A stretch of DNA of 64,000 nucleotides from Alphaproteobacteria bacterium (GTDB taxonomy: Bacteria > Pseudomonadota > Alphaproteobacteria > SP197), in the NCBI GenBank assembly GCA_965228895.1, contig OZ245842.1, forward strand, positions 3,552,001 to 3,616,000, given 5' to 3'. Positions within the stretch are counted from its first letter, which is position 1. The number at the start of each line of letters is the position of its first letter. The notes beneath the pieces were generated by a model, which was not told where the DNA came from, did not search any database, and worked only from the letters and a program-made list of their open reading frames with translations. Positions 36,070 through 48,523 of the stretch are shown piece after piece. Made by a program: the position numbers and the translations under genes.

Positions 36070-36723
36070 TCAGTGATGAACGGCTTCGATGATGCCGAAC
36101 CGGCCCAATCCGGCGACGACCATTTCGACGGCGAGCGCAATAAGCAGAATGCCGAACACGACCTCGGAGATGACCAGGGTCGTCGGTCTGAGTCGCTTTG
36201 AGAGTTTGTCGATGTTGCGGAACACCAGGTAGTCGAAACCCGCGATCAGCACGATGACGGCAAGGACGACCAGTGCGGCCCAGATCGAGCCGACTTCGCC
36301 CGACGCGATGATCAAGACGGCGATGCCCACCGGATTAAGCAGGTAGGGAATGGCCAGCGGGTAAACCGCCATCTTATGGAGATCGACCGGCGCGTCTTCG
36401 GCTTCCACTTCCTTCTTTTTGCCGGGTCCCGCGAACATGCCGAGCGCCAGGATCAACAGAATGATCCCGCCGGCGATGCTGATGGCGCCGCCGGAAATGT
36501 GCAGAAGCCGCATGAGTAAAGCGCCGGATGCGAACAGCACGATCGCTGTAATGAAGGCCGTCTTGACCATCTTGACGCCGACTTCGCGCTGCTGCTGGGC
36601 GTCGAGATGCGCGGTTTTCTCCAGAAACGGAACCAGCGCGATTTTTGGTCCCATGCCGATAAGCATAAGAACCAACAGGTTCACGACCATAGAAACACTG
36701 ACGACAGAAAGATCCACGGGCAC
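36070..36723 (-). CDS. MarC family membrane protein
   Basis: IAGGIIL, AVYPLAIP, GILLIALAVEM. Confidence 0.9.
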   Translation of the reverse strand: MPVDLSVVSVSMVVNLLVLMLIGMGPKIALVPFLEKTAHLDAQQQREVGVKMVKTAFITAIVLFASGALLMRLLHISGGAISIAGGIILLILALGMFAGPGKKKEVEAEDAPVDLHKMAVYPLAIPYLLNPVGIAVLIIASGEVGSIWAALVVLAVIVLIAGFDYLVFRNIDKLSKRLRPTTLVISEVVFGILLIALAVEMVVAGLGRFGIIEAVHH

Positions 36724-36880
36724 CCCCTCCCCTTTGTCAGCACCCTAGCTGAGGTCGTTCGCGGATTCCACGCGGCACAACAGATCGCTTGCGCAACCAG
36801 CGGTTCAAGTCTGTGTTGATAACCCATGCACCAAGAAGGGGGTTGGGCTCGGCTGGCCGCCTGAACGGCGCAGCGCGTGT

Positions 36881-37774
36881 CTATTCGTCGCGCAGCAAGC
36901 GCAGATAGCTGTCATAGCGTGCCGCTGGAATTGCACCCGCCTGGGCGGCCTCGCGCACGGCGCAACCGGGTTCGTGATCGTGGCTGCAGTCGCGGAACCG
37001 GCATGCGCCGATCAGGTCGACGAACTCAGGGAAGTAGCCGGCCAGCTCCTGCGGGCTGATGCCGGTCATGGCGAGCGAGCGCACGCCCGGTGTATCGACA
37101 ACACCCGTGTCATCGTCCAGCCAGTGCAAGGTCGCGACCGAGGTCGTATGGCGGCCCTGACCGCGCTTGCCGCCGACCTCCGCCGTCTCGGCCGCTGCGT
37201 CGCCGACCAGGGCGTTGACCAGCGACGACTTGCCGACGCCGCTATGACCGGCAAACACCACGAGCTTGCCGTCGATCAGACGTCTGAGACCGTCCAATCC
37301 CTGATGCGTCTTGGCCGACACCTCGACGATCGGAAGACCGAGATCGCGATAAATCGAGAGATCCGGCAGATCATCGGCAAGGTCCGCCTTGTTGACAGCG
37401 ATCGCCGCGTCGATGCCGCCGTACTGGCAGAGCACGAGGTAGCGGTCGATCAGGCGCGGATGGAATGGCGGACGTTTGGCCGCGACGACAATGACAGCGA
37501 GATCGATGTTGGCGGCCAGCACGTGTTCCTCCGCGCCCGCATCGGAGCGGCGCGTGCGGTCATGGCGCAACCGCGCCAGCCGGTTGCGGCGCGGCGCGGC
37601 ATCGACGACGACCGGCCTGCCGCGTGGCCCATCCTCGTCGACGACGATGCGGTCGCCGATCACCGGGAAATACGGCGCGTCGGGTGATACGGCGCAGCGC
37701 CGGATATCGCCGGAGAGATCCTCCACGCTGACGAGTTCGCCATGCACCTCGACGACCATGGGCCAGTCGTTCAT
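36881..37774 (-). CDS. rsgA: Ribosome small subunit-dependent GTPase A
   Basis: AANID, NKAD, GHSGVGKSS, GRHTT, DTPG, CRFRDCSHDHEPGC. Confidence 0.92.
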   Translation of the reverse strand: MNDWPMVVEVHGELVSVEDLSGDIRRCAVSPDAPYFPVIGDRIVVDEDGPRGRPVVVDAAPRRNRLARLRHDRTRRSDAGAEEHVLAANIDLAVIVVAAKRPPFHPRLIDRYLVLCQYGGIDAAIAVNKADLADDLPDLSIYRDLGLPIVEVSAKTHQGLDGLRRLIDGKLVVFAGHSGVGKSSLVNALVGDAAAETAEVGGKRGQGRHTTSVATLHWLDDDTGVVDTPGVRSLAMTGISPQELAGYFPEFVDLIGACRFRDCSHDHEPGCAVREAAQAGAIPAARYDSYLRLLRDE

Positions 37775-37796
37775 TGGCGATGGACTCACGGCGCAG

Positions 37797-39020
37797 TCAT
37801 GTCCCCGGTGCGCGGCGCGCCAGGATGACCAGTGCGGCCGCCAGCATGCCCAGCCCGACGGCGCAGACGACGGCGGCCAACGGCACCGGGCTGCCGGTGC
37901 CCAGCGCGCCAACCGCCAGGCTGGCGCCCGCCCAACCGCCGAACTGCAGGAACCCGAGCAGCGCCGATGCCAGACCGGCATCGTCGGCGTAACGGTTGAT
38001 CGCTTCCGCCATGGCGTTGGGCATCGAAAGACCCATGCCGACAAAGTAAAAGGCCATAGGCGTCAGAATAGACAAGACTGACCAAAACCCCAGCGCCATC
38101 GTGACGATCAACACGACCCCGCTCAGCGCCGACAGCGCCGAACCGATCGCGATCATGGCTGTAACTGAATAGACGCGGCCGGTCAGACGCGTCGCGATGG
38201 CGCTGCCGACGGCGAAGCTGCCGACGTTCAGCATCGAGAACATGCCGAACACCTGCGGCGACACATCGAGCAGACGGATAAAGACAAACGGCGCGCCGGC
38301 AAGATAACCGCCCAGGCCCGCCATGCCGAAGCCAACGACGAGACCCGGTGCCAGGAACCGGCGGTCGCGCAACAGGGAAAAGTACCGCGCCACAATCGAG
38401 GTTACCTGTGCGCGCCGCCGTCGTTCTCTGGGCAACGTCTCGTCAAGCGACAGGTAAACCAGCACAAAACTCAACAGGCCGAGTGCGGTCAACACACCGA
38501 ACACCGTGCGCCAACCGAACCAAGTGGCAATGAAGCCCCCGGCTGTCGGACCGAAGGCCGGCGCCAGCGCCATGACCATGCCGATCGCCGCCAGCACGCG
38601 CGCCGACTCCGCGCCCTCATAGCGATCGCGCACAATGGCGCGGCTCAAAGTCGGGGCGACACAGGCGCCGAAGGCTTGGGCAATGCGCGCGGCGATCAGG
38701 ATCTCGACGGTCGGCGCGATCATACAGACCAGACTCGCAACGCTGAAAACGATCAGGCCCGCTTGCAGCACCGGCAACCGACCGTAACGGTCCGACAGCG
38801 GTCCGACGATCAACTGCACGACCGCGAACACCAGGATGAACAACGTAAAGGTAAGCTGGACCTGGGCATCGGGCGCCACATAGTGGTCGGCGATCGCCGG
38901 CAGCGAAGGCAGGTAGAGGCTGACAGCCAACTGACCGATACCGGTCAGATAGGCCATCAACAGGATCAGACCGGTGCCGCCACCAGCGGCGCCCGACCGA
39001 CCGTTACGCGCTTCGCTCAT
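37797..39020 (-). CDS. Bcr/CflA family MFS efflux transporter
   Basis: LYLPSLP, GPLSDRYGRLP, about 12 TM. Confidence 0.92.
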   Translation of the reverse strand: MSEARNGRSGAAGGGTGLILLMAYLTGIGQLAVSLYLPSLPAIADHYVAPDAQVQLTFTLFILVFAVVQLIVGPLSDRYGRLPVLQAGLIVFSVASLVCMIAPTVEILIAARIAQAFGACVAPTLSRAIVRDRYEGAESARVLAAIGMVMALAPAFGPTAGGFIATWFGWRTVFGVLTALGLLSFVLVYLSLDETLPRERRRRAQVTSIVARYFSLLRDRRFLAPGLVVGFGMAGLGGYLAGAPFVFIRLLDVSPQVFGMFSMLNVGSFAVGSAIATRLTGRVYSVTAMIAIGSALSALSGVVLIVTMALGFWSVLSILTPMAFYFVGMGLSMPNAMAEAINRYADDAGLASALLGFLQFGGWAGASLAVGALGTGSPVPLAAVVCAVGLGMLAAALVILARRAPGT

Positions 39021-39039
39021 GCGAACATCGCGCGTGGCC

Positions 39040-40725
<1,686 letters not shown>

Positions 40726-41039
40726 CTATTTGATTCTACTCGTTTATTTCTGTCGTCTTCTAACGCCGCAACATGTTTGGCGATCTTCATAGGACCTGTT
40801 CGGTCGGGTTCGCAGCCGGCTGAGTCGTTCTCCGGTGATAGTGCCGGTCATGAAACAGGCCCGGACGGTCTGGACCTAGCAAACATTCCAAGGAGATGAC
40901 AACGGAACTGTTGGCAGAATGCGAACGCTTGGACCGCACGAAATGCAGCCGGCGATGATTTTCCAGGGTCAATTAACGTCGGCCCGAGCGTGTGCGGCCA
41001 TGCCAACCGAGGGGTTCACGATCCCGCCTCAGACGACCG

Positions 41040-41681
41040 TCACGCGTCAAACCAGCGCGACCAAGCGTCCCACGCATCGACCAAATCGGCCATGATCGCG
41101 TAGCCGGATCCGTCGCAGTGCATCCGATCACCGCGCGTCAGACTATCCATATAGCGGCTGTCGGCCAGCAGCGGCGTTTGAATGTCGAGATAGGGTACAT
41201 CGAGCTTCGCGGCCAACGCCATGAAGCGCCGATTGAGCGCAACGGCGGTCTCCTGAGAAAAACTGATCTCCATCCCCACGCCGGGACGCATCGGCGAGCA
41301 CGCCACGTTGGCCGGCGGAAGGCCGACCCACAGGACCGGCCACATGCCGGCGGCCTCGCCAACCATCGCTTCCGCGTTCGCGACGGAGACGTCTTCGGCA
41401 ACACGGCGGCCCGATCCCGTGACTTCCGCCACGTCGTTGATGCCGAACTGCACGACGACCCGGTTGTCGGCGCCGTCGGGAAAACGCGCCAGACACTCGC
41501 CTTTCCAGCGGTCTCGAATCTCGCCGGTGGTTTGTCCACGAATGCCGAGATCATAGGAGGTCAGACGATACGACCGCGAAAACCGCAGCGCGCACAAACG
41601 CCCGATCCAGCCCAGACACCCCTCGTCGCCGGAGCCGTTGATGTAGCTGTCGCCGACAAAGCAGATACGCAGATCCCGCAT
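41040..41681 (-). CDS. GDSL/SGNH hydrolase
   Basis: FVGDS, LGIRG, FGIND, DRMH. Confidence 0.9.
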   Translation of the reverse strand: MRDLRICFVGDSYINGSGDEGCLGWIGRLCALRFSRSYRLTSYDLGIRGQTTGEIRDRWKGECLARFPDGADNRVVVQFGINDVAEVTGSGRRVAEDVSVANAEAMVGEAAGMWPVLWVGLPPANVACSPMRPGVGMEISFSQETAVALNRRFMALAAKLDVPYLDIQTPLLADSRYMDSLTRGDRMHCDGSGYAIMADLVDAWDAWSRWFDA

Positions 41682-41851
41682 GACGTTCCTTCCCCGATCA
41701 ACCCGACAAAGCATAGGCCGGCGCCGCATGGCGAACCAACACGATCAGCTCAGCCGGTCGAAGGCGCCGCGCGACATAACGTAGAATGCCAAGCCGAATG
41801 TGGCGCGCTCGTGTAGGTTGGCACAGACGGGATGAACGCGCGGGGAGCTCG

Positions 41852-43096
41852 ATGACGATCAAAACCGATATTGCGGTCATCGGCGCCGGCGCGGCAGGCT
41901 TAGCCGCCGCCAAAGATTTGCGCGCCGCCGGCGTGGATCATGTGTTGCTCGAAGCCAAACCCGTCATCGGCGGGCGCACATACAGCGACGAGACGACGTT
42001 CGGCTTCCCTTATGACATCGGCGGCTTCTGGATCTCCAACGACGGCGACAATCTGTTCATGGAAGCTGCCGCGGACCTTGGGTTCGATACGAGCGACATG
42101 ACGTTTCCCTCGCCTGACATGCCCATGATTCTGGGCGATACCTGGGAAACATCGTCGCAGCAAAGCGACAGGCTTGCCTACAACGAAGCCGCCATGGCCG
42201 CCATCGACGCCTTCTCACCGACAGACCCCGACCGTTCGATCGCAGAGGTTGCCGGCACCGAGTCGCCATGGTTCCCCGTGCTTGCCTCCTGGATGGGCAT
42301 GCTGAACGGCCTGCCGATGGATATCGTTTCCGCGGCCGATCAGGCCAACCTCCTTCATGGCGACACCGTGCATCAGGTCCGCGAAGGCATGGGCAATCTG
42401 GTCCGCCGTTGGGCCGATCCCTCGGGGATCCTCGTCAACTCGCCGGTAAGGGCCATCGACTGGAGCGCGCAAGGCGTCGAGCTCGACACGGGCGCAGAGA
42501 CCTTCACCGCAAAAGCCGCGATCGTCACCGCATCGGTCGGCGTCCTCGCCTCGGACACCATCAGTTATGCGCGCGCCTTGCCCGCGCGATTCCGCGAAGC
42601 TCTCGACGTCTTACCCATGGGAACCGTGAACCGCATCGCCGTTCAGTTCGACGGCGATGTGTTTGGCGATGCCTGCCCGCCAGTGTTCGGCCGATACATC
42701 TCACCCGAAAGCTACATCTACATCATGACACGGCTGGTCGGGCAGAACGTGGCTCTGGGTTATGTCGGCAACGATCTGGCCATAGCGTTGGAACAACAGC
42801 CCGATGCTGTCGCCGTTGATCTCCTATGCGATGCACTTGCCCTTGCAATCGGCGACGACTTTCGAGACCGCATCATGGCGGTACATTGTACCCGTTGGGG
42901 TTCGGATCCCTGGTCGTTGGGCGCCTATGCCGCGGCCACGCCCGGCAGCGCTTGGGCAAGGCAGGCGCTTCAGGAACCCTGGGACGACCGCGTGTTCGTC
43001 GCAGGCGAGGCGACATCACTGACTCAGTTCTCCCTGGTCCACGGCGCGGCGAAGGAAGGCATACGCGCGGCCCGGGCGGCGACCGCCACGCTCTGA
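41852..43096 (+). CDS. Flavin-dependent amine oxidase family protein
   Basis: IGAGAAGL, LEA..GGR, WGSDPWSLGAY, AGEA, VHGA. Confidence 0.9.
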   Translation: MTIKTDIAVIGAGAAGLAAAKDLRAAGVDHVLLEAKPVIGGRTYSDETTFGFPYDIGGFWISNDGDNLFMEAAADLGFDTSDMTFPSPDMPMILGDTWETSSQQSDRLAYNEAAMAAIDAFSPTDPDRSIAEVAGTESPWFPVLASWMGMLNGLPMDIVSAADQANLLHGDTVHQVREGMGNLVRRWADPSGILVNSPVRAIDWSAQGVELDTGAETFTAKAAIVTASVGVLASDTISYARALPARFREALDVLPMGTVNRIAVQFDGDVFGDACPPVFGRYISPESYIYIMTRLVGQNVALGYVGNDLAIALEQQPDAVAVDLLCDALALAIGDDFRDRIMAVHCTRWGSDPWSLGAYAAATPGSAWARQALQEPWDDRVFVAGEATSLTQFSLVHGAAKEGIRAARAATATL

Positions 43097-43098
43097 CG

Positions 43099-43815
43099 TC
43101 AATCGACGAGTTGACGCGCGACGTCCTTCATATCGTCAGCGACGATATCCCACGAGCCTGACGGCGCGAGATCGGTTGTCTGATCAAGCCCATGTTCGGT
43201 AGGACGGCCCACGAACGCGGTCCGAAGCCCCACGTTCTGCGCGGCGACGAGATCGTCATTATGGGCCGCGACCATCATCACCTCTTCGGGCGCCAATCCC
43301 AACGCCTTGGCCGATGCCAGATAAACCTCCGGTTTCGGTTTGTAGGACCGTGCGATTTCCGCGCCCAGCAAGGCATCCCACGGCAGGCCGCCGTATCGTG
43401 CCAGGCGGAGCATCATGGCAATGGAGCCGTTCGAGCAGGTCGCGATCGGATAACAGGCCTTCAGAGCCTTCAGGCCCGGCACGCTGTCGGGCCACGGCGG
43501 CAATCTCTCCCATGCCCGATTGAGTTCTACCCGCCCTTGCTCTTCCACCGCGCCGGCAAGGCCGAACTCCGCCAACGTCGCGTCCAGGTTCTCCCTGTGC
43601 AGGATATCGAGGGCGATGTAACCGCGCCCGCCATCGCGAATCTTTTCCATGGCGGGCTGGTACCTGGACCGCCAGGCATCGGCGAAGGCGACTGCGTCCA
43701 CGTCGACCTCACGCGGTTCGACATACGCTGCCACGTGACGCGCGACACCGGTGCGCCAATCCACGACCGTGCCGAACACGTCGAAGATCAAAGCCTTGAT
43801 ACCGAGGTTTGTCAT
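43099..43815 (-). CDS. Haloacid dehalogenase type II
   Basis: FDVFGTVVDWR, SNG, YKP, VAAHNDDL. Confidence 0.92.
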   Translation of the reverse strand: MTNLGIKALIFDVFGTVVDWRTGVARHVAAYVEPREVDVDAVAFADAWRSRYQPAMEKIRDGGRGYIALDILHRENLDATLAEFGLAGAVEEQGRVELNRAWERLPPWPDSVPGLKALKACYPIATCSNGSIAMMLRLARYGGLPWDALLGAEIARSYKPKPEVYLASAKALGLAPEEVMMVAAHNDDLVAAQNVGLRTAFVGRPTEHGLDQTTDLAPSGSWDIVADDMKDVARQLVD

Positions 43816-43920
43816 GGATCGCGTCCCGCCGCCGAACTTGCTATCTCCATCATCTCATAGATGATGGGTCCATACAGCAGGTGTGCACAGACGCGGCATC
43901 GCAAGGGCGGGTGAACCAAG

Positions 43921-44577
43921 GTGGCAACCGTTTTCATTATCGGCGCGACCGGCGGGGTCGGCCGCAGGCTGGGACCGCTCCTGGTGCAGTCCGGGCACAA
44001 GGTCATCGGCCTGCACCGCAAACCGGAGCAGGCAGCGGGCCTCGCCGAAGGCGGCGTAACACCGGTGCAAGGCGACATCATCGAGATGGACCCGAATGAG
44101 CTTGCCGAGGCGGCACGGGGTGCGGACGTGATCGTCTTTACCGCAGGCGCTGCCGGTAGCGGGCTCGACAGAACGACCGCCATCGACGGCGACGGGCCGA
44201 GCAAGACGATCGAAGCGGCAAAACGTCTTGGCATCACCCGCCTCTACCTCGTCTCTGCCTTTCCCGAAGCAGGTCGCCAGAGGGACCGTTCTGAGGCGTT
44301 CGAGCACTATATGGCCGAAAAGAAGCGTGCCGATGTCGCCGTGGCGGTGTCGGACCTCGACTGGGTTATCCTTCGCCCGGGCACCCTGTTGGACGCGGAA
44401 GGCCAGGGCACCGCGACGATGGGGGCCGCCATCATGTACGGCACCGTTGCCCGCGGCACCGTGGCGCACGCCCTCTGCGCGCTGATCGAACAACCGTCTG
44501 TCCGCCGCGAGATCGTCGAATTGACGGATGGCTCCACGCCCATCGACAAAGCCGTTGCCGCCCTAAGGCAAAGCTGA
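43921..44577 (+). CDS. Atypical SDR / NAD(P)H-binding protein
   Basis: IGATGGVG, FTAGA, DWVILRPG. Confidence 0.88.
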   Translation: MATVFIIGATGGVGRRLGPLLVQSGHKVIGLHRKPEQAAGLAEGGVTPVQGDIIEMDPNELAEAARGADVIVFTAGAAGSGLDRTTAIDGDGPSKTIEAAKRLGITRLYLVSAFPEAGRQRDRSEAFEHYMAEKKRADVAVAVSDLDWVILRPGTLLDAEGQGTATMGAAIMYGTVARGTVAHALCALIEQPSVRREIVELTDGSTPIDKAVAALRQS

Positions 44578-44690
44578 CCGGCCTTCGCCAACGAAGACGA
44601 GACAACGCTCGACGTTCGAACCTCTCCCCCGGAACTTGCTATCTCCACTACCACATGGATGATGGGCGCACACACCAGGAGAGGACTACA

Positions 44691-45926
44691 GTGACCGAGA
44701 GCCTCGACGACATTCAACTCGCCGAGCCGAGTTTCTGGAGGCGGCCCGACAAGTACGAGCTCCTCGCACGTTTCCGCCGGGAACGGCCGGTCGCGCGTCA
44801 GAAGACGCACGGAGAGGACGGATTCTTCTGGTCGCTGACGCGCCATAAGGAAACGCGCGAGATCACCAAGGACCACAACCTGTTCGTCTCGCGTCACGGC
44901 ACCGGCATGGCGAGTTCCATGGAATCACCGGAGCTGGCCTACGAGATCGCCGGTATGGTGAACCGCGATCCTCCCATCCACCCGCGCTTGAGAAAGGTTG
45001 TGGCCAAGGTCTTCACACCGCGGCTGCTGAAAGATATCGAGGGCAGCATCGCGCAATCCGCCCGGACCGTGATCGGGTCGATCAGCGAACGCGGCACATG
45101 CGACTTCGCCGCCGATGTTGCCGGCAAGATGCCGACCAAGGTGATCTGCGACATGCTCGGCGTCGCCGATGGGGAAATCCGCGACTGGCTGGCACGGATG
45201 AGTATCGAGGCGCAGGGCTACGGCGACGAAGGTGTCGGCGACGAGACCGAAGCGCTCAATGCCTTCATTGCGTTAAACGACTATGGCGAGGAGCTCAGCC
45301 GCGAACGCCGCAGGGCGCCGGCAGACGATCTGCTGACGATGATGGTGGAGGCCGACGCTGACGGCGAGAAGCTGACTGACCGCGACGTCGGCATCTATTT
45401 CCAGCTTCTGATCACCGCCGGTGTAGAGACAACCGGCAGCTCGATTGCCCAGGGCATGCGCTTTCTGGCCGAGCATCCCGATCAGTGGCGCGCCTGGCGC
45501 GACGATTATGAAGGGCTGGTCGGCACGGCGCTGGAGGAGATCGTCCGTTACGGAACCCCGGTTGTGCATTTCGGACGTACGGTGGCGGAGGATACGGAGA
45601 TCCTCGGCCAGCCGATTGCGGCCGGCGAACAGGTCGTCTTCTGGTACACCTCGGCCAACCGCGACGAGACCGTGTTCGACGATCCCGAGCGCTTCGACAT
45701 TCGGCGCACACCGAACGACCATGTGGGATATGGCGGCGGCGGCGTGCACCACTGCCTGGGCATGCATCTGGCCCGGCGCGAGATGTATCACTTCTTCAAG
45801 ACGTTGTTCGAGACCCTGCCCGACCTCGAGGTCGATCTCGACGGCATGACGGAAATCAACGCGCTCTTCATCAACGGCATGCGCCACCTGCCCTGCCGTT
45901 ACACGCCGGTCAGGATGGACGCATGA
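44691..45926 (+). CDS. Cytochrome P450 (CYP124/125-like)
   Basis: AGVETT, EEIVR, GYGGGGVHHCLG heme motif. Confidence 0.94.
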   Translation: MTESLDDIQLAEPSFWRRPDKYELLARFRRERPVARQKTHGEDGFFWSLTRHKETREITKDHNLFVSRHGTGMASSMESPELAYEIAGMVNRDPPIHPRLRKVVAKVFTPRLLKDIEGSIAQSARTVIGSISERGTCDFAADVAGKMPTKVICDMLGVADGEIRDWLARMSIEAQGYGDEGVGDETEALNAFIALNDYGEELSRERRRAPADDLLTMMVEADADGEKLTDRDVGIYFQLLITAGVETTGSSIAQGMRFLAEHPDQWRAWRDDYEGLVGTALEEIVRYGTPVVHFGRTVAEDTEILGQPIAAGEQVVFWYTSANRDETVFDDPERFDIRRTPNDHVGYGGGGVHHCLGMHLARREMYHFFKTLFETLPDLEVDLDGMTEINALFINGMRHLPCRYTPVRMDA

Positions 45927-46744
45927 GCTTCGACGGCAAGGCCATCGTCGTGACCGGCGCGAACTCCGGTATCGCTGCCGCCACGGCGCGGCTTTTGACC
46001 GAACGTGGCGCGCGGGTCATCGGCCTCGACCGGAACGGCGACGGCGCCGGCCTCGCAGATTTCCACACCTTCGACCTCACCGACTCCGCCTCCATCGACG
46101 CGGCGCTCGGCTTGATCGACGAACCTTTGCACGGTCTCGCCAACGTGGCGGGCGTGCCCGGCAGTTTCGACGGCGAGACGGTCATGCAGGTGAACTTTCT
46201 GGGATTGCGCCACGTCACCGAAACGCTCCTGCCACGCCTGGAACCGGGCAGCGCCATTGTGCAGGTCGCCTCGGATGCCGGTTCGGGATGGCGCGACGAG
46301 CTCGATCTGATCCGCGAACTCATGCGCCAGCGCACCTATGAGGCAGGCCTTGCCTGGGTTCGCGAGCACCCCTTGAGCGGGCCGGACGCCTACAGCTTCT
46401 CCAAGGCGTGCGCGATCGTCTACGCGCTGGCCGGTTCGATGCTGGCACAACCCTATGGCGTGCGGTCGCTCTCCGTCAGCCCGGGTGCCGTCGAAACGCC
46501 AATCCTGAAAGACTTCTACGCCACCATGAGCAACAAGATCCTCGATCGCCAGATGGCGCAGTCCGGCGGACGCAACGCGGAGCCTGAGGAGATCGCCAAG
46601 GTGATCGCCTTTGCGCTGTCGGAAGACGCCGCCTGGCTCAACGGCACCGACATCGTCGCCGACGGCGGCGGCGGCATACCGTTCTACTTCGACATGCTCG
46701 ATATCGACGCCAAAGACGCCGCCAAAACCTTCTTCGGTTCTTGA
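45923..46744 (+). CDS. SDR oxidoreductase (coniferyl-alcohol/3alpha-HSD-like)
   Basis: TGANSGI, NVAG, YSFSK, PGAVETPIL; ATGA overlap with P450. Confidence 0.88.
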   Translation: MSFDGKAIVVTGANSGIAAATARLLTERGARVIGLDRNGDGAGLADFHTFDLTDSASIDAALGLIDEPLHGLANVAGVPGSFDGETVMQVNFLGLRHVTETLLPRLEPGSAIVQVASDAGSGWRDELDLIRELMRQRTYEAGLAWVREHPLSGPDAYSFSKACAIVYALAGSMLAQPYGVRSLSVSPGAVETPILKDFYATMSNKILDRQMAQSGGRNAEPEEIAKVIAFALSEDAAWLNGTDIVADGGGGIPFYFDMLDIDAKDAAKTFFGS

Positions 46745-46830
46745 GAACGTACGCAGGCGTCCTGGTAGGCACGGCTGTGATGGTTCAATAATATCAGCGG
46801 CGATCTGTGCGTTATCGGGGGGATAGGACG

Positions 46831-47385
46831 ATGCACCTGGCACGACGCTGCATGTTGTTGGCGCTGATCACGATGTTTCTGGGTACACCGGCGCAGGCGG
46901 CAGAAATCGTTCGTGATCCCACACTGATTGCATCCATGCCAATCCGGGGCGTGACACTGGACATGACGCCACGAGAGGCCTTCGAACATCTTATCGCCAT
47001 GGGTTACAACGCCGGCGATATCACGACCTATGACGATTGGGATACCGGTGGATTGAACTTGGTTCTCGGCGACTTCGGGGCGCCGGAAGGCCGGTCGGAG
47101 ATATCGTTGTCGCGCACCGCAGCGGGCGACCGCCTGGTCAACATCTCCGAAACGCTCAACGCGCCGCCGGGGACAATCGACTCGCATGCGGAAATCAACG
47201 CCATTCAGGCCCACTTCGGTATCGCGCTTGATGACCCCAACTGCCACGTCAACGAGCACGACACCGGTGCATGCCGCGTCGGTGACGCCGCGGAAAACGC
47301 CAACCATGCCTATGGCATCAACGCATTTCCGACGATGATTCTGCGCTACGCCACGCGCAACCACGAAATGAAAGACTCTTACTGA
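46831..47385 (+). CDS. Exported hypothetical protein
   Basis: Signal peptide ending AQA; genome-like codon use; Cys pair. Confidence 0.65.
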   Translation: MHLARRCMLLALITMFLGTPAQAAEIVRDPTLIASMPIRGVTLDMTPREAFEHLIAMGYNAGDITTYDDWDTGGLNLVLGDFGAPEGRSEISLSRTAAGDRLVNISETLNAPPGTIDSHAEINAIQAHFGIALDDPNCHVNEHDTGACRVGDAAENANHAYGINAFPTMILRYATRNHEMKDSY

Positions 47386-47435
47386 CAGTTGGCCCAGTGA
47401 ACAACGTCGACGCGCCGGACACGGTCACCCATCGT

Positions 47436-47861
47436 TCAATGGTCGTCAGGACCCGACTTTCTGCGTTGCCGCTTCAGCTCTCCACGCCGTCGTTTGCCCT
47501 CGGCAACCCGACGCTTGGATGAGGCTGAGGGTTTCGTCGGACGACGGCGTGCGGGCGGCGTGGCGGCGTCACGAATCAGCGCGACCAAACGCTCCAAGGC
47601 ATCTTGGCGGTTCCTGTTCTGTGACCGGAACTGATTGGCGGTCAGGACGATCACGCCGTCGCGCGTCATGCGGCTTCCGGCCAGTGACCTCAAACGCCGG
47701 AAGACAGCGCCGGACAAAGCCGGGCTGTTGGCGGCATCGAAGCGCAATTGAACGGCACTCGCGACCTTGTTGACGTTTTGGCCACCGGGCCCCGGTGCTC
47801 GGATGAAGTGTTCCTCGACCTCGTCTTCGGAAAGGCTGATGGTGTTGGTGATGCGTATCAA
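47436..47861 (-). CDS. arfB: Alternative ribosome rescue factor B
   Basis: GPGGQNVNKV, RSQ..NR, basic tail RRPTKPS. Confidence 0.95.
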   Translation of the reverse strand: MIRITNTISLSEDEVEEHFIRAPGPGGQNVNKVASAVQLRFDAANSPALSGAVFRRLRSLAGSRMTRDGVIVLTANQFRSQNRNRQDALERLVALIRDAATPPARRRPTKPSASSKRRVAEGKRRRGELKRQRRKSGPDDH

Positions 47862-47890
47862 GGTGGAGCCCGGTCGACCGTCAGCGTCCC

Positions 47891-48499
47891 TCAGACCAGG
47901 CCGCTACGCTTGGCGAAGGGATCCCAACTCGGATCATCGTGCCACTCGTATTCCGTCCCCTCCGCGATCTCCTTGGCGGTGTCCTTGTCGAACAGATGGG
48001 CGATGGCGGCGAGCGTCATATCCATGCCGGCCGACACGCCCGATGACGTAAAGAACTTGCCGTCCTCAACCCATCGGGCTTGCCGCACCCAATCGACTTC
48101 GGGACCAAGTGGCACGGTCTTCGTGAAGTCCAGCTTGTTGGTCGTGGCCCGACGGCCATCGAGCAACCCCGTCGTCGCGAGCAGAATGCTGCCCGTGCAC
48201 ACGGTCATGACGAGATCGGCACGGTTCGCCGTCGCGACGATCCAGTCGGCGATGGCACTGCTTTTTGCCGCCTCGAGCGCACTGTCACCACCGGGTATCA
48301 GAAGCAGGTCATAACCGCTGCCGTCAGCCACCGTCTTGTCGACCGAAAGTCCTTGCCCGTGAACGCTGGGAACCGGCGCCGGTGTCTCCGCCACAATGGT
48401 GATCGCGATCTCATCGCCGAGATCGCCCAGCATTTCGAGCGGGCCGAAGAGATCGAGGGTTTGGAAGCCCGGGAAAACGAGCGCGGCAAGTGTCTTCAT
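47891..48499 (-). CDS. DJ-1/PfpI family protein
   Basis: LDLFGP, IPGG, VCTG, SSGVSAGMD. Confidence 0.92.
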   Translation of the reverse strand: MKTLAALVFPGFQTLDLFGPLEMLGDLGDEIAITIVAETPAPVPSVHGQGLSVDKTVADGSGYDLLLIPGGDSALEAAKSSAIADWIVATANRADLVMTVCTGSILLATTGLLDGRRATTNKLDFTKTVPLGPEVDWVRQARWVEDGKFFTSSGVSAGMDMTLAAIAHLFDKDTAKEIAEGTEYEWHDDPSWDPFAKRSGLV

Positions 48500-48523
48500 T
48501 GATTGTCCTTCGGTGGATGCTGT

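Noticed and set aside
40726-41039. Possible mobile-element remnant or small ORF upstream of ettA
   Set aside because: No clear terminal repeats, coding signal or second copy in the window.
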